From Camelus ferus (lineage: Eukaryota), in contig NC_045697.1 in NCBI RefSeq assembly GCF_009834535.1, positions 88,290,001-88,354,000 of the forward strand: a DNA stretch of 64,000 nucleotides. The letters are read 5' to 3'. A model generated the notes under the pieces. It was not told the DNA's origin and searched no databases. It saw only the letters and a list, made by a program, of their open reading frames with translations. This document shows, piece by piece, positions 40,145 to 53,250 of this stretch (the first letter of the stretch is position 1; each line of letters opens with the position of its first letter). Both the position numbers and the translations under genes were made by a program.

Positions 40145-42070
40145 GCACTGGAAAACAACCCGAAGGAAAAACAGGCAAAAGACCTGAACAGACACCTCAC
40201 CAAAGAAGCTGTACAGATGGCAAGCAAGCATATGAGAAGATATTCAACATCATATGTCGTTAGGGAATTGCAAATTAAAACAAGAAGCTGCTACATACAT
40301 GTTACAATGGCCAAAATCCAAACACTGACAAACTGAATACTGGCAAGGATGTGGAGCAACAGGGACTCTCATTCATTGCTGGTGGGAATGCAAAACGCTA
40401 CAACCAATTTGGAAGACAGTTTGACAATTTTCTTACAAAACTAAACATGCTCTTATGATCCAGCAGTCGTGCCCCCCTGATATTTACCCAAATGAACTGA
40501 AAACTTACGTCCATGCAAACATCTGCACACAGACGTACACAACAGCTTTATTCATAATTGCCAAAATGTGGAAGCAACCAAGATGTCCTTCAGTCAGTGA
40601 ATCTTAATAAAAACTGTGGTACACCCAGACAATGGAATATCATTCAGCACGAAAAGAAAATGAGCTATCAGGCCATGAAAACATATGGAGGAACCTTAAA
40701 TGTATATTACCAAGTAAAAGAAGCCAACATGAAAAGGCAATATACTGTATGATTCCAAGTGTCAAACATTCTGGAAAAGGAAAAACTATGGAAACAGTAC
40801 AAGGATCAGTAGTAGCCAGAGGTTGGGGAAGGAGGAATGTATAGGCAGAGCACAGAGGCTTTTTAGGGCAGTCAAAGTACTGTGTATGGTACAAAGATGG
40901 TGGTTACATGTCATCACCCATTTGTTAAAATCCACAGGACGTAAACACCAAGAGTGAGCCCCAGTGTCAACTCTAAACTTTGGAGGATAGCGATGTGTCA
41001 AAGCAGGTTCATCAGTCATTAACAAATGCAGCACTGTGACGCGGGGTATTGATGGTGGAAGAGGCTGTGTGTGTAGGGATGGAGGTATCTGGAAACTCTC
41101 TGCACTTTACCCTTAAGAGCAGCAAGCCTAAAGTGCTCTAAAAATAAAATCTGTAAATTAACAAAAAATAGTATGGTATTTGCAAAAGACAGACACTTCA
41201 AAAGCCTAGTAACAGATCAGCATGAATATAGGAAGCTGATTTTTCAGAAAGTTGCAAAGGTAATTTAACTGAGAAAGGAAAGTTTTTTCAACAAATGATG
41301 CTTTAAAATGATAGCAATTGGATTTCAATGTAAAAAAGGTTAATCTCACCACACAGTTTTCATATTTTACATAAAAATTGAGTCAAAATGGATTATAAAC
41401 TTAGATGTAAAACATTTCCAGGTGAAAATCTCTCTGATCTTGAGTTAGGTAAAGAGTTTTGAGATATTATGCAAAAAGCAGGATCCTTAAAAAAAATTAA
41501 TAAATTTGACTTTCTCAAAATTAACTTTCATAATGCCTACAAAAGCACTGTTAAGAGAATGTAAAAACAAACTGCAGAGGCCAAAAACATTTGCAAAGTA
41601 AATTTCTTACTAAGGACTTGTGTCCAGAAAATATTTTTTTAAAACTCTCAAAACTCAACAATAAGAAAACAAATGAGAAAAATTAAGAAAAAAATGGAGA
41701 AAGCCAAAACAGACACTTAAGAAAAGCAGATATAAGGGAGTCAAAAAAGCATATGAAAATGTACTCAAAATCATTAGTCATCAGGGAAATGTAAATTAAA
41801 ACCACAGTAAAATACCACTAGACACCTGTCAGAATTGCTGAAATAAATGAAAACCCTGAAAACACCAATGCTGGCACTGATGCAGAGCAATGCCACAGCC
41901 ACTTCCAAATGGTGCAGCCACTCTGGAAAAGTTTGACAGCTTCTTAAAAAGTTAAACATACACCTAATATATGACCCAGCAATCTGGCTTCCAGGTATTT
42001 GCCTAAGTCAACTGAAAACTAATGGCCAAACAAAAATCTGTACATGAACATTCGTAACAGTTTTATTCAT
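40145..42070 (+). mobile_element. Two consecutive ancient L1M 3' fragments
   Basis: AAAGACCTGAACAGACACCTCACCAAAGAAG, GATGTGGAGCAACAGGGACTCTCATTCATTGCTGGTGGGAATGCAAA; a second copy starts at ~41170. Confidence 0.85.
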
Positions 42071-43529
42071 AAACCTTTAATGCAACAGCAATCAAAATCA
42101 CTGATTCCCATCTACTTGAAAGCAGTATATCAATTCATGCTGCTCTTGATGGTAACAAACCAAATTCTCAAATACCACGCTCAAAAATCCTACATAGTCA
42201 CTGAAATACGGGTCTGGAAAGCGAACTGGTAGAAAGCAGGTTTGGCTTTCTGATGACAGAGAATTAGTTTGCAAGATGTAATACATTTGTCTTCTAAATC
42301 ACACATATGTATAATGTACAGTGTGTGTTAATTTATTTTCTCTTTGGCAAAACAAAGAGAATGGGAAATATTACTGAGCGCTTACTATGTATGAAGCACT
42401 ATGGCCAGTTATCGCTATCAATTTATTTATCCCTCACAGTAATCCTGAAAAAGGAAATACTATTACCATTTCCATTTCACAGATGAAGAAACAAAGGTAT
42501 AGAGGTAAGGAGGCTGCAAAGAGAAGCAAGCAGTAAGTGGCACAGTAGGAATGAGTTTGATTTGTTTCAGAGTTGCTCTTCTCTATTATTATGCTGAACT
42601 CCTGAAAATATCAAAAAGCTATGTAAGATAAGAGCTTGAGGTCCAATTTAAACAAGAACACTCTTAGAACAACCTGACTAAACCTGGCAACTTAAGCTAA
42701 TTTTTCAGCAATTAAATTATCTGGAAACATTTTTATGGAAGAAAAAAATTTATATATCTTAAGGTCTTCTAAATGAATATGCAACTTTTAAAATTTTTCT
42801 TTCCTGAGAGAATTAAACATTTTTGTGTTTGTTTGCTGCTAAAAGTCACTTGTCTCAATACTAAAATTCCAGAAAATTAGTAGATGGCAGGTGTTCCTAA
42901 TAATTTTGCTGAAATTATTACATGATTAATGTCAACAGTTTATTTATGGCTCCTGAGTTCCCTAACTTGGGGTATGTCATTGATTTTCTGTGACTTATCA
43001 GTAAACTCAATATATGAAGACTGTTCTCACATGTTTCATTTTATTCAGTTACCCCATTATCCCATGCTAGACACAGCAATTATGAATGAAGGCTAAACAA
43101 AAAATACCCTCAGATTTAATGCTGTTCAATTATAAATATCTGTATTTTTTCTAAATTCATTATCACCTACTTTGATGCAAAAAAGGGAATTTTTACAATT
43201 AAATCATACATAATAATATCAAATTACCCATTTTGAATTCTGGAGCCTAAAATCTCACTACTATCTGGTGAAATTTAGCATCAAAATATTATACATTTGA
43301 AGTTACCTAGCAGGTTAATCCTAAATACCTAGCACTTTCCAAAATCACCTGGGAGTTTAATGCTGACATACCTGCCTGTCATTTTATTAATGAAATGATT
43401 AAGTTTCTTCAAAAGGCTAGGCTTTAAAATAAAGGTTATTTAAAAAGATGAAAAGAAATTAGAAAAACTAAAGCAATAATAATTCTTACTTAATACATCT
43501 TATCTTAGGAAAGCAAGCCCAGGTTCTAT

Positions 43530-44024
43530 TTTCTTTTTTCTCCAGTTTTACTGATATATAATTGACATATCACATGTATAAGCTTAAGGTATATAACACA
43601 TATGTATACACTGCAAAATGGTACCACAATAAGAGTAGTTACTACCATCGTCTCACGTAGTTATAATTTTTTTCTTGTGATGAGAACTTTTAAGACCTAC
43701 TCTCTTAGCACCTTTCAAATATGCGATACAGTGTTAACTGTAGTCCCCACACTGCACATTACATCCCCAGAACTTACTGATCTTACAACTCTAAATTTGT
43801 ACCTTTTGACCACCTTTAAACTAACGCCCCTTCTTCTCTCCCTTGCCTCTGGCAACCACAAATCTGATCTGTTTCTGTGAGTCTGGTGTTTTTAGATTCC
43901 ACATGAAGTAAAATCATACAGTATTTGCCTTTCTCTGTCTGACTTACTTCACTTAGCATAATGTCCTCTAGACCCTTTCATATTGTCACAAATGGCAGGA
44001 TTTCCTTATTTTTCTACGGCTGAG

Positions 44025-44058
<34 letters not shown>

Positions 44059-44100
44059 CACAATTTCTTTATCCATTTATCTAGGTTAATAGACACAGGT
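43530..44100 (-). mobile_element. L1 3' end (older subfamily) containing a (TG)n microsatellite at ~44027-44056
   Basis: TTTTAGATTCCACAT...TCTGACTTACTTCACTTAGCATAATG...AAATGGCAGGATTTCC are typical antisense L1 3' motifs. Confidence 0.85.
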
Positions 44101-45371
44101 TGTTCTCCTATGTTCTTTTCATACAAACCAAACTATCCTCCAATAAATTAAAGCATGTGAAAATGTGGAACAGGTCTAACTGATACCTCAAACCAGTCAG
44201 GGATCAAATACTATTTTTTCTTTTAAAAAATCTAGTAAGTATAATTGATAATTAAAATCAGGTCAGGAGTTTGGCCAAAATGTAGGATACAATTTCTCTC
44301 TAAACTTTTGACCGAGATAGTGTAGTAACTTCATGCTTTTATGAACTGTTCCCCTTTGCTAAAATATATTATGGGATATAAAAACCAAAAAGGAATTACA
44401 GAATATAAAAACAAAAAGAAAAGAGAAAAATATTGCCAGAATCAAAAATAAAATAAACATTTTAAAGTAAGAGAAACAGAAAAGCACAATGCTGGGAGTG
44501 GGCCTAAAATGTTAACTTGCCAAGCCAGTCTGCAGTGGCAGCTTGGGGACCAGAGGGTGAAAGTAAAAGTGGGGACAGATTCTCCTGCCTCTACTAAGAG
44601 GACTCAGACTCACAGTTTGAAACTAGGGGCTGGAGCAGGGGCTCTCCCTATTAATAATGAAAGAAGGAAACAAAAAGCACAGACTACCGCCTAGGGCTAT
44701 GGCTTTTAGGAAGCAGCAGGGAGGGCAAAAAACTAGCCTCAATGGAGACAGGAACTGAACCTAAAAAGACCATGGGTCAGTGACTAAGTCTGCAAAATCC
44801 CAAGTATCAGCTTGGAATCGGAGCTTCATATCTCAATTACTGGCCCTCATTCTAGACTGTACTGAGGGTGGGGAGTGGTGCACTCAGCAATTAGAACCAG
44901 GAAAGCAGAGGTAGAAATGGTGATGGAGGGGGATCCAAAAAGGAGAGGGAAAAAATTACAAAAATCACAGTGCTCAGAAAGAAAGCAGAAAACTCAATGA
45001 TCAGAATACATGTTCATAAGCAAATGAAAGTAACTTATAAAACTACCGAAGAATCTAAAGAAAATCTATTTGTTATGTTCACATAAATAAAAGAGGAGAT
45101 AAAATCCATTTAAAAAAAGAAATTATTTAACAAGCAAAGGTGCAAATCAAATAAACGGGAATGAACCAGAGCAATCTTCCTTACAAGGACTTCCACTGCC
45201 AGATAAAATGCAGTAAGTGGCAGCAGCCCAAAACTTCCACTGCAACAGCCAGGGAAAAAGTGGATAAATTACAAATTTTATATTTTTAAAGACATGAGAA
45301 AGCTGCTGAAGCAAGAGAACAAAATGAAGTAGAACTCCAGAGGATGGAAATTCATCCAAAATGAGCAAAAC

Positions 45372-45831
45372 ATGGCGTTATATTATGTTGTCGGTTTTTA
45401 AGGCTGAATAGTATTCCACACCATTTGCAGCAACATGGATGCTCCTGAAGAATGTCATTCTAAGTGAAGTAAGCCAGAAAGAGAAAGAAAAATATCATAT
45501 GAGATCGCTCATATGTGGAATCTAAAACTAAACAAAACATAAATACAAAACAGAAACAGACTCATAGACATAGAATACAAACTTGTGGTTGCAAAGGGGG
45601 TGGGGGGTGGGAAGGGACAGACTGGGATTTCAAAATGTAGAATAGATAAACAGGATTATACTGTATGGCACAGGGAAATACACACAAGATCTTGTGGTAG
45701 CTCACAGAGAAAAAAATGTGACAGTGAATATATGTATATTCATGTATAACTGAAAAATTGTGCTCTACACTGGAATTTGACACAACATTGTAAAATAACT
45801 ATAACTCAATTTAAAAATGTTTAAAAAAAAA
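45372..45831 (+). mobile_element. Young L1 3' end with short 5' inversion
   Basis: 45421-45831 reads CCATTTGCAGCAACATGGATG...AAGCCAGAAAGAGAAAG... to poly-A. 45372-45420 is the adjacent upstream L1 sequence in reverse orientation. Confidence 0.88.
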
Positions 45832-46479
45832 CGAGGGGAAAGGAAAAAAGCTCCCCAAAACGCCTGCTGATTTCTTCTCAGGGCCATTTGCTGTTTGGAG
45901 GCATACAGTAATTTTAGGTTCGGACTAAGAATCCGGCTTGGGCCACTCTAAGAGACTCTACCAGAGGAATAAAACCAACACAGCTTTTAGAGGTTAGTCA
46001 TGTCTCTTTCAGCGAGCAGAGTGCAAATCTGAAACAAAGAAGCTAATTTTTCTTCAAGGTACATTTGCTAAATTCTGGGCTGTACTTAAAAAGTTGGGGA
46101 ACTAGGAAGAATGTGTCTAAAAGCCAGCATGAAATCCCCTATAGTCCGTATGTTGGAGACAAAATTCTGCTAAAGAAGGTATTTGGTTTAAATACAAAAC
46201 CCATCTTCTTCAAGACATTTATTAGAATTTGAAGGTATAAATATAAAGGGCAGGAAGTTAAAGGACTAATTATTTCTTGGGGAAGAAGTGAATTATCAAC
46301 AGTCTTTATGGAGCTCTCAATCAAAAGCTTAGAAGGTCCACACCAAAATAACTGAAATAAAGTAGCAGTCTTACTAAGATGACAAAGAAGCCCCAGTTTG
46401 GCTGGATTCCTGGATACATTAGCCCCTCACCGTATCTGCCCAATGGTGAAAAAGGGAAACCTGCCCTGATGAAAGATAG

Positions 46480-47780
46480 TGCCTGGAACTCTACTGTCAT
46501 TTAACACACTATCTGACATAACAATCAAAAATTATCAGACAGGAAAAGGGCAGAAATATGTGATCAATAATCTACAGGAAAGAGAGACAATAAATACAGA
46601 CTCAAATAATCCAGATATTATTGTTAGCATAGGCTAAAATAACTATGATTAAAATGTTGAAGAAAACAGAGTAGACTGGAAAAAATGGGTAATACATATA
46701 CACCTATATATAAGTGGATAAAAGATGAATTTCAACAAAAAATCCAGAATCTATAAAAACTAAGAATTAAAATTCCATTCTAGAACTAAAAAAAAAAAGT
46801 GTGTATCTGATGTTAGGAACTCTTTGGATATATTTAACACCATCCTGATTACAGCAGAAGATAGAATTAGCAAATTAAAAATAACAGACCACTAGAAAAT
46901 ATGAAGCATGAATAACTGAAGCATGTGAAAAGAAGGCTAGAACAAACAGAATTGCGTGGAAAATACACATGGGACACATTTAAAAGGTACAACATACATG
47001 CAATTGTGGTCCCCATGAAAAAGAATCAGCTTGAAGCAATAGCCAAAGAGATAATGGATAAGGCCTTTCCCAAAACTTATGAAAAACATCAATCCACAGA
47101 TTTAAGAAACTCAATAAATCCCAAACAGAAAAACTACCAAGAAACCACACTTAAGCACAACAAAGTCAAACTGGGGGAAAAAAAGAGAGAGAGAGAGAAA
47201 AAAAAAAAAAAAAGAAAGAAATCTTAAAAAGAAGCAAAGAAAAAAGGCATTATCATCAAAGAACCAACAAGACTTCAGGAAATTTTTCAAAAGATGTCAA
47301 GATATATAAGACACATTAAAGATATCTTTAAAATGCTGAAGGAAACATACACACATTCACACAATCCTCTAAACCTCTAACCCGATACCAAGTGGAAATA
47401 TCCTTTGAAAGTGAAAGTGATTAGAGAATAACAATTAATGAGTGAACTGAGGAAGGCTGCTTTGTGACAAGGTCAATAGACAAAAATCATTTGAATCCCT
47501 ACACACCAACATTAAGAGATACATAAAATAGTATTTACAAACTATTATTTATAATAGCACCAAAAAGTCAAACACTTGAAAATAAATCTAATCAAAGATG
47601 TACTGGACCTGTGCACTGGAAACTATAAAGCATTTCTGAGGAAAATTGAAAAAAAAAAAAAACCCTAAATAAACAGAAGGATATACCATATTAATGGATT
47701 AGGGGATTTAATACTGCAAAGAGGTCAACTCCCACAAATTAATCTAAAGGATTAATGCAATCCTAATCAAAATCTCAGCC
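46480..47780 (+). mobile_element. Ancient L1 5'/ORF1 region plus ORF2 fragment
   Basis: AACTATGATTAAAATGTT, GCAGAAGATAGAATTAG. ORF 46925-47227 resembles degenerate L1 ORF1 (WDTFKRYNIHAIVVP). Confidence 0.7.
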
Positions 47781-48119
47781 AGAGTATTTGTGCACTCAGT
47801 CTCTTATATGGCCTCTACCATACCCTCAGAAGAGAATGAGAATGAAAAAACAAATACTGTGTATTATTTTGAAAATAATTTTGACCACACTTGGAGAAAT
47901 ACTAAATCATCCATGCCCCACATGCCTAGATGTCCACTGTGTATTTCTTTCTTCTCAAACCTCCAATATTTCCTTTTCCCCCACCCTCACACCCAATGAT
48001 TGACCTTGCTTCCTAGACAATAAAAAAGTATTTAAATAAATAAGTATAAATAACATTCAATAGATAAATGTTTGCATGCCCTCACATGCCCGCGCACACA
48101 TACACACCTGTAAGCATAT

Positions 48120-49300
48120 ACAATTAGAAGAAAACTTCCACACACTCACTGGAACACTCCACCAACTCACCTGCATTTATATCTACATACTCTGCCTTCC
48201 CTCCTCTAACTATGGATAAACCATCTGTGCTCCTATCCCATCCATTCAAATAACAGATCCTATCCTGTCTTACCGTCTCAGTGACATAATTTCCAGCAGT
48301 TTACCCATTCTCCTTTCAATCACCAATCTCATCTCTTCTTTATCACCCTCAGATCCATATCCTTCTCTAGCTGTTATCCAACTTTGCTACTCCCCTTCTT
48401 CACAACAAAATGCCTCAAAAATTCTGCCCATATTTACTGCTATCTACTCCTCCCATTCACTCATGATCCTATTATAATCAAGCTTTATTTTCCACTCCAC
48501 CTATACCCCAAGACCTCCATGTTACTAAAATCCAGTGCTCAATCCTCAACTCAGCAAATACCTGACATAGTTTATCACTTCCTCCTCTAGTGACGCTGTC
48601 TTTACTTTGTCATTTGGCTCCCTCCTCCTTTCACACTAGCTACTTTTTCTTCATATCTTCCCAACTTTTGAATTTTTAAGTACATTAAGGTTCAGATCTG
48701 GGATCTTCTCTCTTCTCTATTTACATTCATTCCTTACATAAGCTTATTAATGCTCAAATGCCATCTACATTCCATTGAAACCAAATTTATACACACAGAC
48801 AGCACCTCATCTTTGAATCTAGCCGTAAATCTAACTGCTTACCTAACTTCAGATATCTCACATTGAGCATATTCAGAACTAAACTTCTGACCTCTAACCT
48901 CCATCTTTCTCCTCCGTTAGTCTTCTCCGTTTCACTAAAGGACAAATCCATTCTTATAATTTCTGAGACCAGGTATCTTGGAATCATCCATACTCTTCTA
49001 GTTTTCTCATACTCCACTGTCCAATGTGCTATCAGGTCAATCTTAAAAATAATCAGAATACAACCTCCACCACTTCACCTGAGTCCAAGCACACTGTCTC
49101 TCACACCTCCATTGCCGCACTGGTCTCTTACTGTTTCCTGGCTTCCACCTTTACCACCCCAGTTCTCAACACAGTAGGCTAGTATGATCCTTTAAAATAT
49201 GAAGTCATATGACGTTACAACTTTGTTTAAAAGACTTAATGGCTTCCAATCTTCTCAAAGTAAAAATGAATGTCCTTACAACAGCCTCCAAGTCCATACA
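48120..49300 (+). mobile_element. L2 fragment
   Basis: CT-rich sequence with TCTTGGAATCATCC, GATCCTTTAAAA and AATGGCTTCC motifs typical of L2. Confidence 0.65.
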
Positions 49301-49587
49301 TCATACGACAGCTAAGTATGCAACCTGGAATCACCCTTTACTACTTACTCCTAATAACATCCCACCAGGATACCCAAGAATGTTCTAAACAGCACTGTCT
49401 TATAAAGTGAAAAAATGGAGTACATCTTAAATGAGTATCCACACAACAATAAATGAATTGTAGTATAAAGAATGAAATTTTATACTGTGTAGATCCAATA
49501 TGTAACAACATGGATAAACATTAAAAAAAAAGTTGCACAGAAAATGTTGCTGAATAGCGGGAGCAACACAATACCATTTACACTGAA

Positions 49588-50047
49588 CAACAGTTTTCAA
49601 AATGTGGTCTGGGGATCCCTAGGAGTCTCCTATTCAGGGTCGTAATAAAACTAAGATGTTATTTGCCTTTTTCATTCTTGTTCTCTCTCAAGGATAAAGT
49701 GGAGTTTTCCAGAGGCCGCATGCAGAAAGAGATCAATGATAATCCAACTGTCTTTTATTAAGCCTAATATTAAAAAGATTTGCAAAACAATGTAAAACAA
49801 TGCCACTCTTGAAGTGGTTCTTTTCTTTTTTGGTCTTGAACAATATATTCTTTAAGTAAAATGTTATTTATGCTAATATGTAATAGCCTTACTATTATTA
49901 AATATATTATATATTTAAACATTAGTTTAAATTTCAGATAAGCAAATACTGATAGATATAATTCACATAAACAAAAATTTTGGGGGGTTTTCAATAATTT
50001 TTAGGCGTATAAGAGGGACCTAGAATTAAAAAGTTTGAGAATTGCTG
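49588..50047. mobile_element. hAT-Charlie type non-autonomous DNA transposon
   Basis: Imperfect terminal inverted repeats CAACAGTTTTCAAA ... TTTGAGAATTGCTG. Internal GTGGAGTTTTCCAGAGG and TTTGCAAAACAATGTAAAACAATGCCACTCTT. Confidence 0.65.
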
Positions 50048-50894
50048 AAATGGAATAAAAAATGTACAAAACTAGAGCATGTAACAAGTATGTGTGCATA
50101 CATAAACATCCCCCTGTAGTCAACTGCAGAGAAACTAGTCAAACTACAGAGACATAAAAAGTAACTCCCAGGAGGGAGTCAACTATGCCGTGTGAGTAGA
50201 TAAGAATTAGAAAGAGATACTTGGGGGGCTTCAAATGTTGATTATTTTTTTCTTTAAAACAAAAACAGGAAACACGGATTTAGAACAAATATGGCAAAAT
50301 GGGTAAGTTTGTGCATGTTTGTTAACTTTCCTGTATAACTGAAACACTTTGGGGCTAGGAGCAATCTATCATTTCCTTCACAAATTTATTTTCTACAATT
50401 TCTTCCCCTTTAGTGCCATTTTTTTTCCCTTTCAATTCCCGTGAAGTCCACAGTTTGCAAGCAGCATCTTGTTAAAGTAGCAATTTAACAAACATATTAA
50501 CTGAGATTTAAGCTACAAAAGTTTCTTTCTCCTTTCTAAGCGAATATGAATTTTAAATGCCAATCTCTGAAAGACTGATAGGAATTCTACAGATGAAACT
50601 ACGGTTTTATAGAAGAAAGGCAAAAGATGACCTCATATGACTCACATCACATCCCATAAATCTGACGCTATTAAAAAGATTTTCCACTTGATAAAAATTA
50701 ATTTCAACATGAATATGATACTGATAAACTAATCAAAAATACTGGTTTAAAATGGATCCTTTTCATGTATAACTGTATCATCTGTATGTATAAATTACTC
50801 CACAGAAAAATATAGACTATTCAAAACAATATGGTTAGAGCAACACATTATCAATATGACAAAATTATAAATGTTTTAAATTAAAATATAGTTA

Positions 50895-51600
50895 TACATT
50901 AATTCAGGAAATACTTACTGAGTCTCTACTACATTCTAAGCCTCAGAGATACAAAGGCACAAGACAGACAAGTACTCTGCTCACTCCAGAAACAAATGCA
51001 CAAAATAATTCCCAATCACGACAGGCATGGAAAATTAAGAAATAAAGAAAACAAAGTGGGATGATGTGATTTAAGAAAAATGACTGGATGTGGAGACTTC
51101 TAAAGACTCAGTGGACAAGGGACGCTCTCTGCAGAGGTAACATTAAAGCTGGTACACCTAAGTGATACCAGAGCAAGCAGCCAAACAATAATCTGTTGGC
51201 CGCAATATGACTTATTTCAGAAAAAGCGTAAGGACCACATGAGCAATGAACAAGGGTGAAAATGGTACAAGCTGAAGTCAAAGGGTAGGCAAGGGCTAGA
51301 CCAGGTAAAGCATAGATTTTACTCTGAAGGTAGTGAGAAACTATCTGCAGGTTTTAAGCAGAGAAGTAATAGGATCTGACACTCTTTACTGCTTTGTGAA
51401 GACAAGACAGACAATGATAGCAACCAGACCAGTTAGGACATCACTGCGGAAGTCCAGGCAAGGGATGATGGGAGTAGCAGCAACAGAGACGAAGAGTGGA
51501 GGTATTTTCTTTACCTTGGAGACAGAACAAAAGTAGCTGATGGACTGAGTGCAGAGGATGAGTGACACTGAGGAATCAATGAAGACTCCCAGATTTTTGA
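50895..51600 (-). mobile_element. L2 fragment
   Basis: ATTCA..AAATACTTACTGAG..CTACT start, and GAGGAATCAATGAAGACTCCCAGATTTT end. Confidence 0.55.
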
Positions 51601-51634
51601 TGAAAATTAATGATTTTCTAGTTGGAATATTATT

Positions 51635-52085
51635 TTGTTAGTTTTTGTATTGTTAGCTATTTCCTCAACAGTGGCATACCACAACCCACCCCACAGCCCA
51701 GTGGCTTAAAATAGCAATCATTTACATTTTCTCCTATGTCTGTGTGTTTGTTGTACTCTAGGCCTGTTGTCCAGCTTCGGGTTGAGTCTGGTTTACTCCA
51801 TATCTCCCTCATCTTTTTTAGACCACCAGGCTAGCCAGAATATGTCCTTCTCATGGTGATGAGGCACAAGAGGACAAGCCCCATCACGCATGCACTTATT
51901 AAGCCTCTATTTGGGTCCTTTCTGCTAACAGCCATCCCACTGGCCAAAGCAGATCACATGGCTGAGCCAAAATCCAAGGGCAAAGATGCAGACTTCTCCC
52001 CTAGTAGAAGGACCCGCAATACCATATCCCAAAGACCAACCATGGAGAAAAGGAGAACAAAAGCAAGTAATTCAATCCACGTTAC
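51635..52085. mobile_element. MaLR LTR (MLT1-like)
   Basis: CAGTGGCTTAAAATAGCAATCATTTA and CATCCCACTGGCCAAAGCAGATCACATGGCTGAGCC motifs. Confidence 0.7.
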
Positions 52086-53097
52086 TTTCTATGTATTCAA
52101 ATCATGAGTCATAATTGTAAAAGGTCACCAGCTTTAGGGAAGTTCCAAATCGTTTTTCCAAGATAACCACAAATAAGATATAATTGGTTCTCTTAATTAA
52201 GACTTATTTTTATTAAGTAATTATATGAAAATTTTCAAATTCTGTTTTATTGCCAAAGACTATATTTAGCTATTTCATGTGTATTGGAGTGAAAAATGAC
52301 ATTAAGAATATTTATGAGATTAAGATAACATGAAAGAGAAAAGTTAGTTTGAAATTTAAGATAATTATATATAGTATGGTCAAAGACTTCAGAAAAACAA
52401 CTAGAGGGTAAAGATGGGCAGCCAAATGGAATATGCTTCCAAGATTTTTTAAGGGGATAAAAATAAGTATTTACTTATTTTACTTAATCAAATCAAATCA
52501 TTTCACTGTATATAAACTTTTATTTCTGAAATTTCTAAAAGCAAAATTGCTGAAAACAAAGTGAAGAACTAAAAAAACAAACTTTAAAAAGTCAGCAATG
52601 TATACGGTCAATAGCCTTACTGTGTATATGAAGTTCTTATGAAACACTAAGAAAAATAAGAATATTCTTACTTATTCACCTCTCTTATCAACTTTAACAC
52701 TGTCTCATAGGCTTAAAAATATTTCTTGAAACAATAAATGAGCTTAATGCATTCTGATGAAGTCTGGGAAAATGATACATGCTTTAGATGGAAGAAAACC
52801 AAATTATGAAAAGCTTTTTCAGTCAAGCAGAGAAATTTAAATTTGTTGTATAGATTATCACAGGATCAGAGAATGCTAAAGAAAGCACTGTTTTCCTATG
52901 GTTAATTGGCCAACTGTAAGCAAAATGAGTTACAATACAGAGAGGCTAGGATTAAGTAGAGTACCTAGGAGGTGATGCACAAAAATTCTAGATTAGGGTA
53001 AAAGAATTCAAGAAATATTCCAAGAAAATTATAAAATATCATAGGATAGAGAAGTATAATAGAAAATAGTAAAGAAAACTCCAGAATCTAGCCTGGG

Positions 53098-53250
53098 CAG
53101 TGCTGCTTAAACTTCAGTGTGCACAGAATTCACTTAGGGATCTTATTAAAAGACAGATTCAGTTCAGTAGATTTGAGATTCTACATTTCAAATAACCTCC
53201 CAGATGATGTCAATATTGTTGATCTTAAAATCATACTTTTAAGTAGAAAG
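53098..53250. mobile_element. MER5A-like hAT relic
   Basis: CAGTGCTGCTTAAACTT...AGAATTCACTTAGGGATCTTATTAAAA..CAGATTC...CTCCCAGATGAT. Confidence 0.6.
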
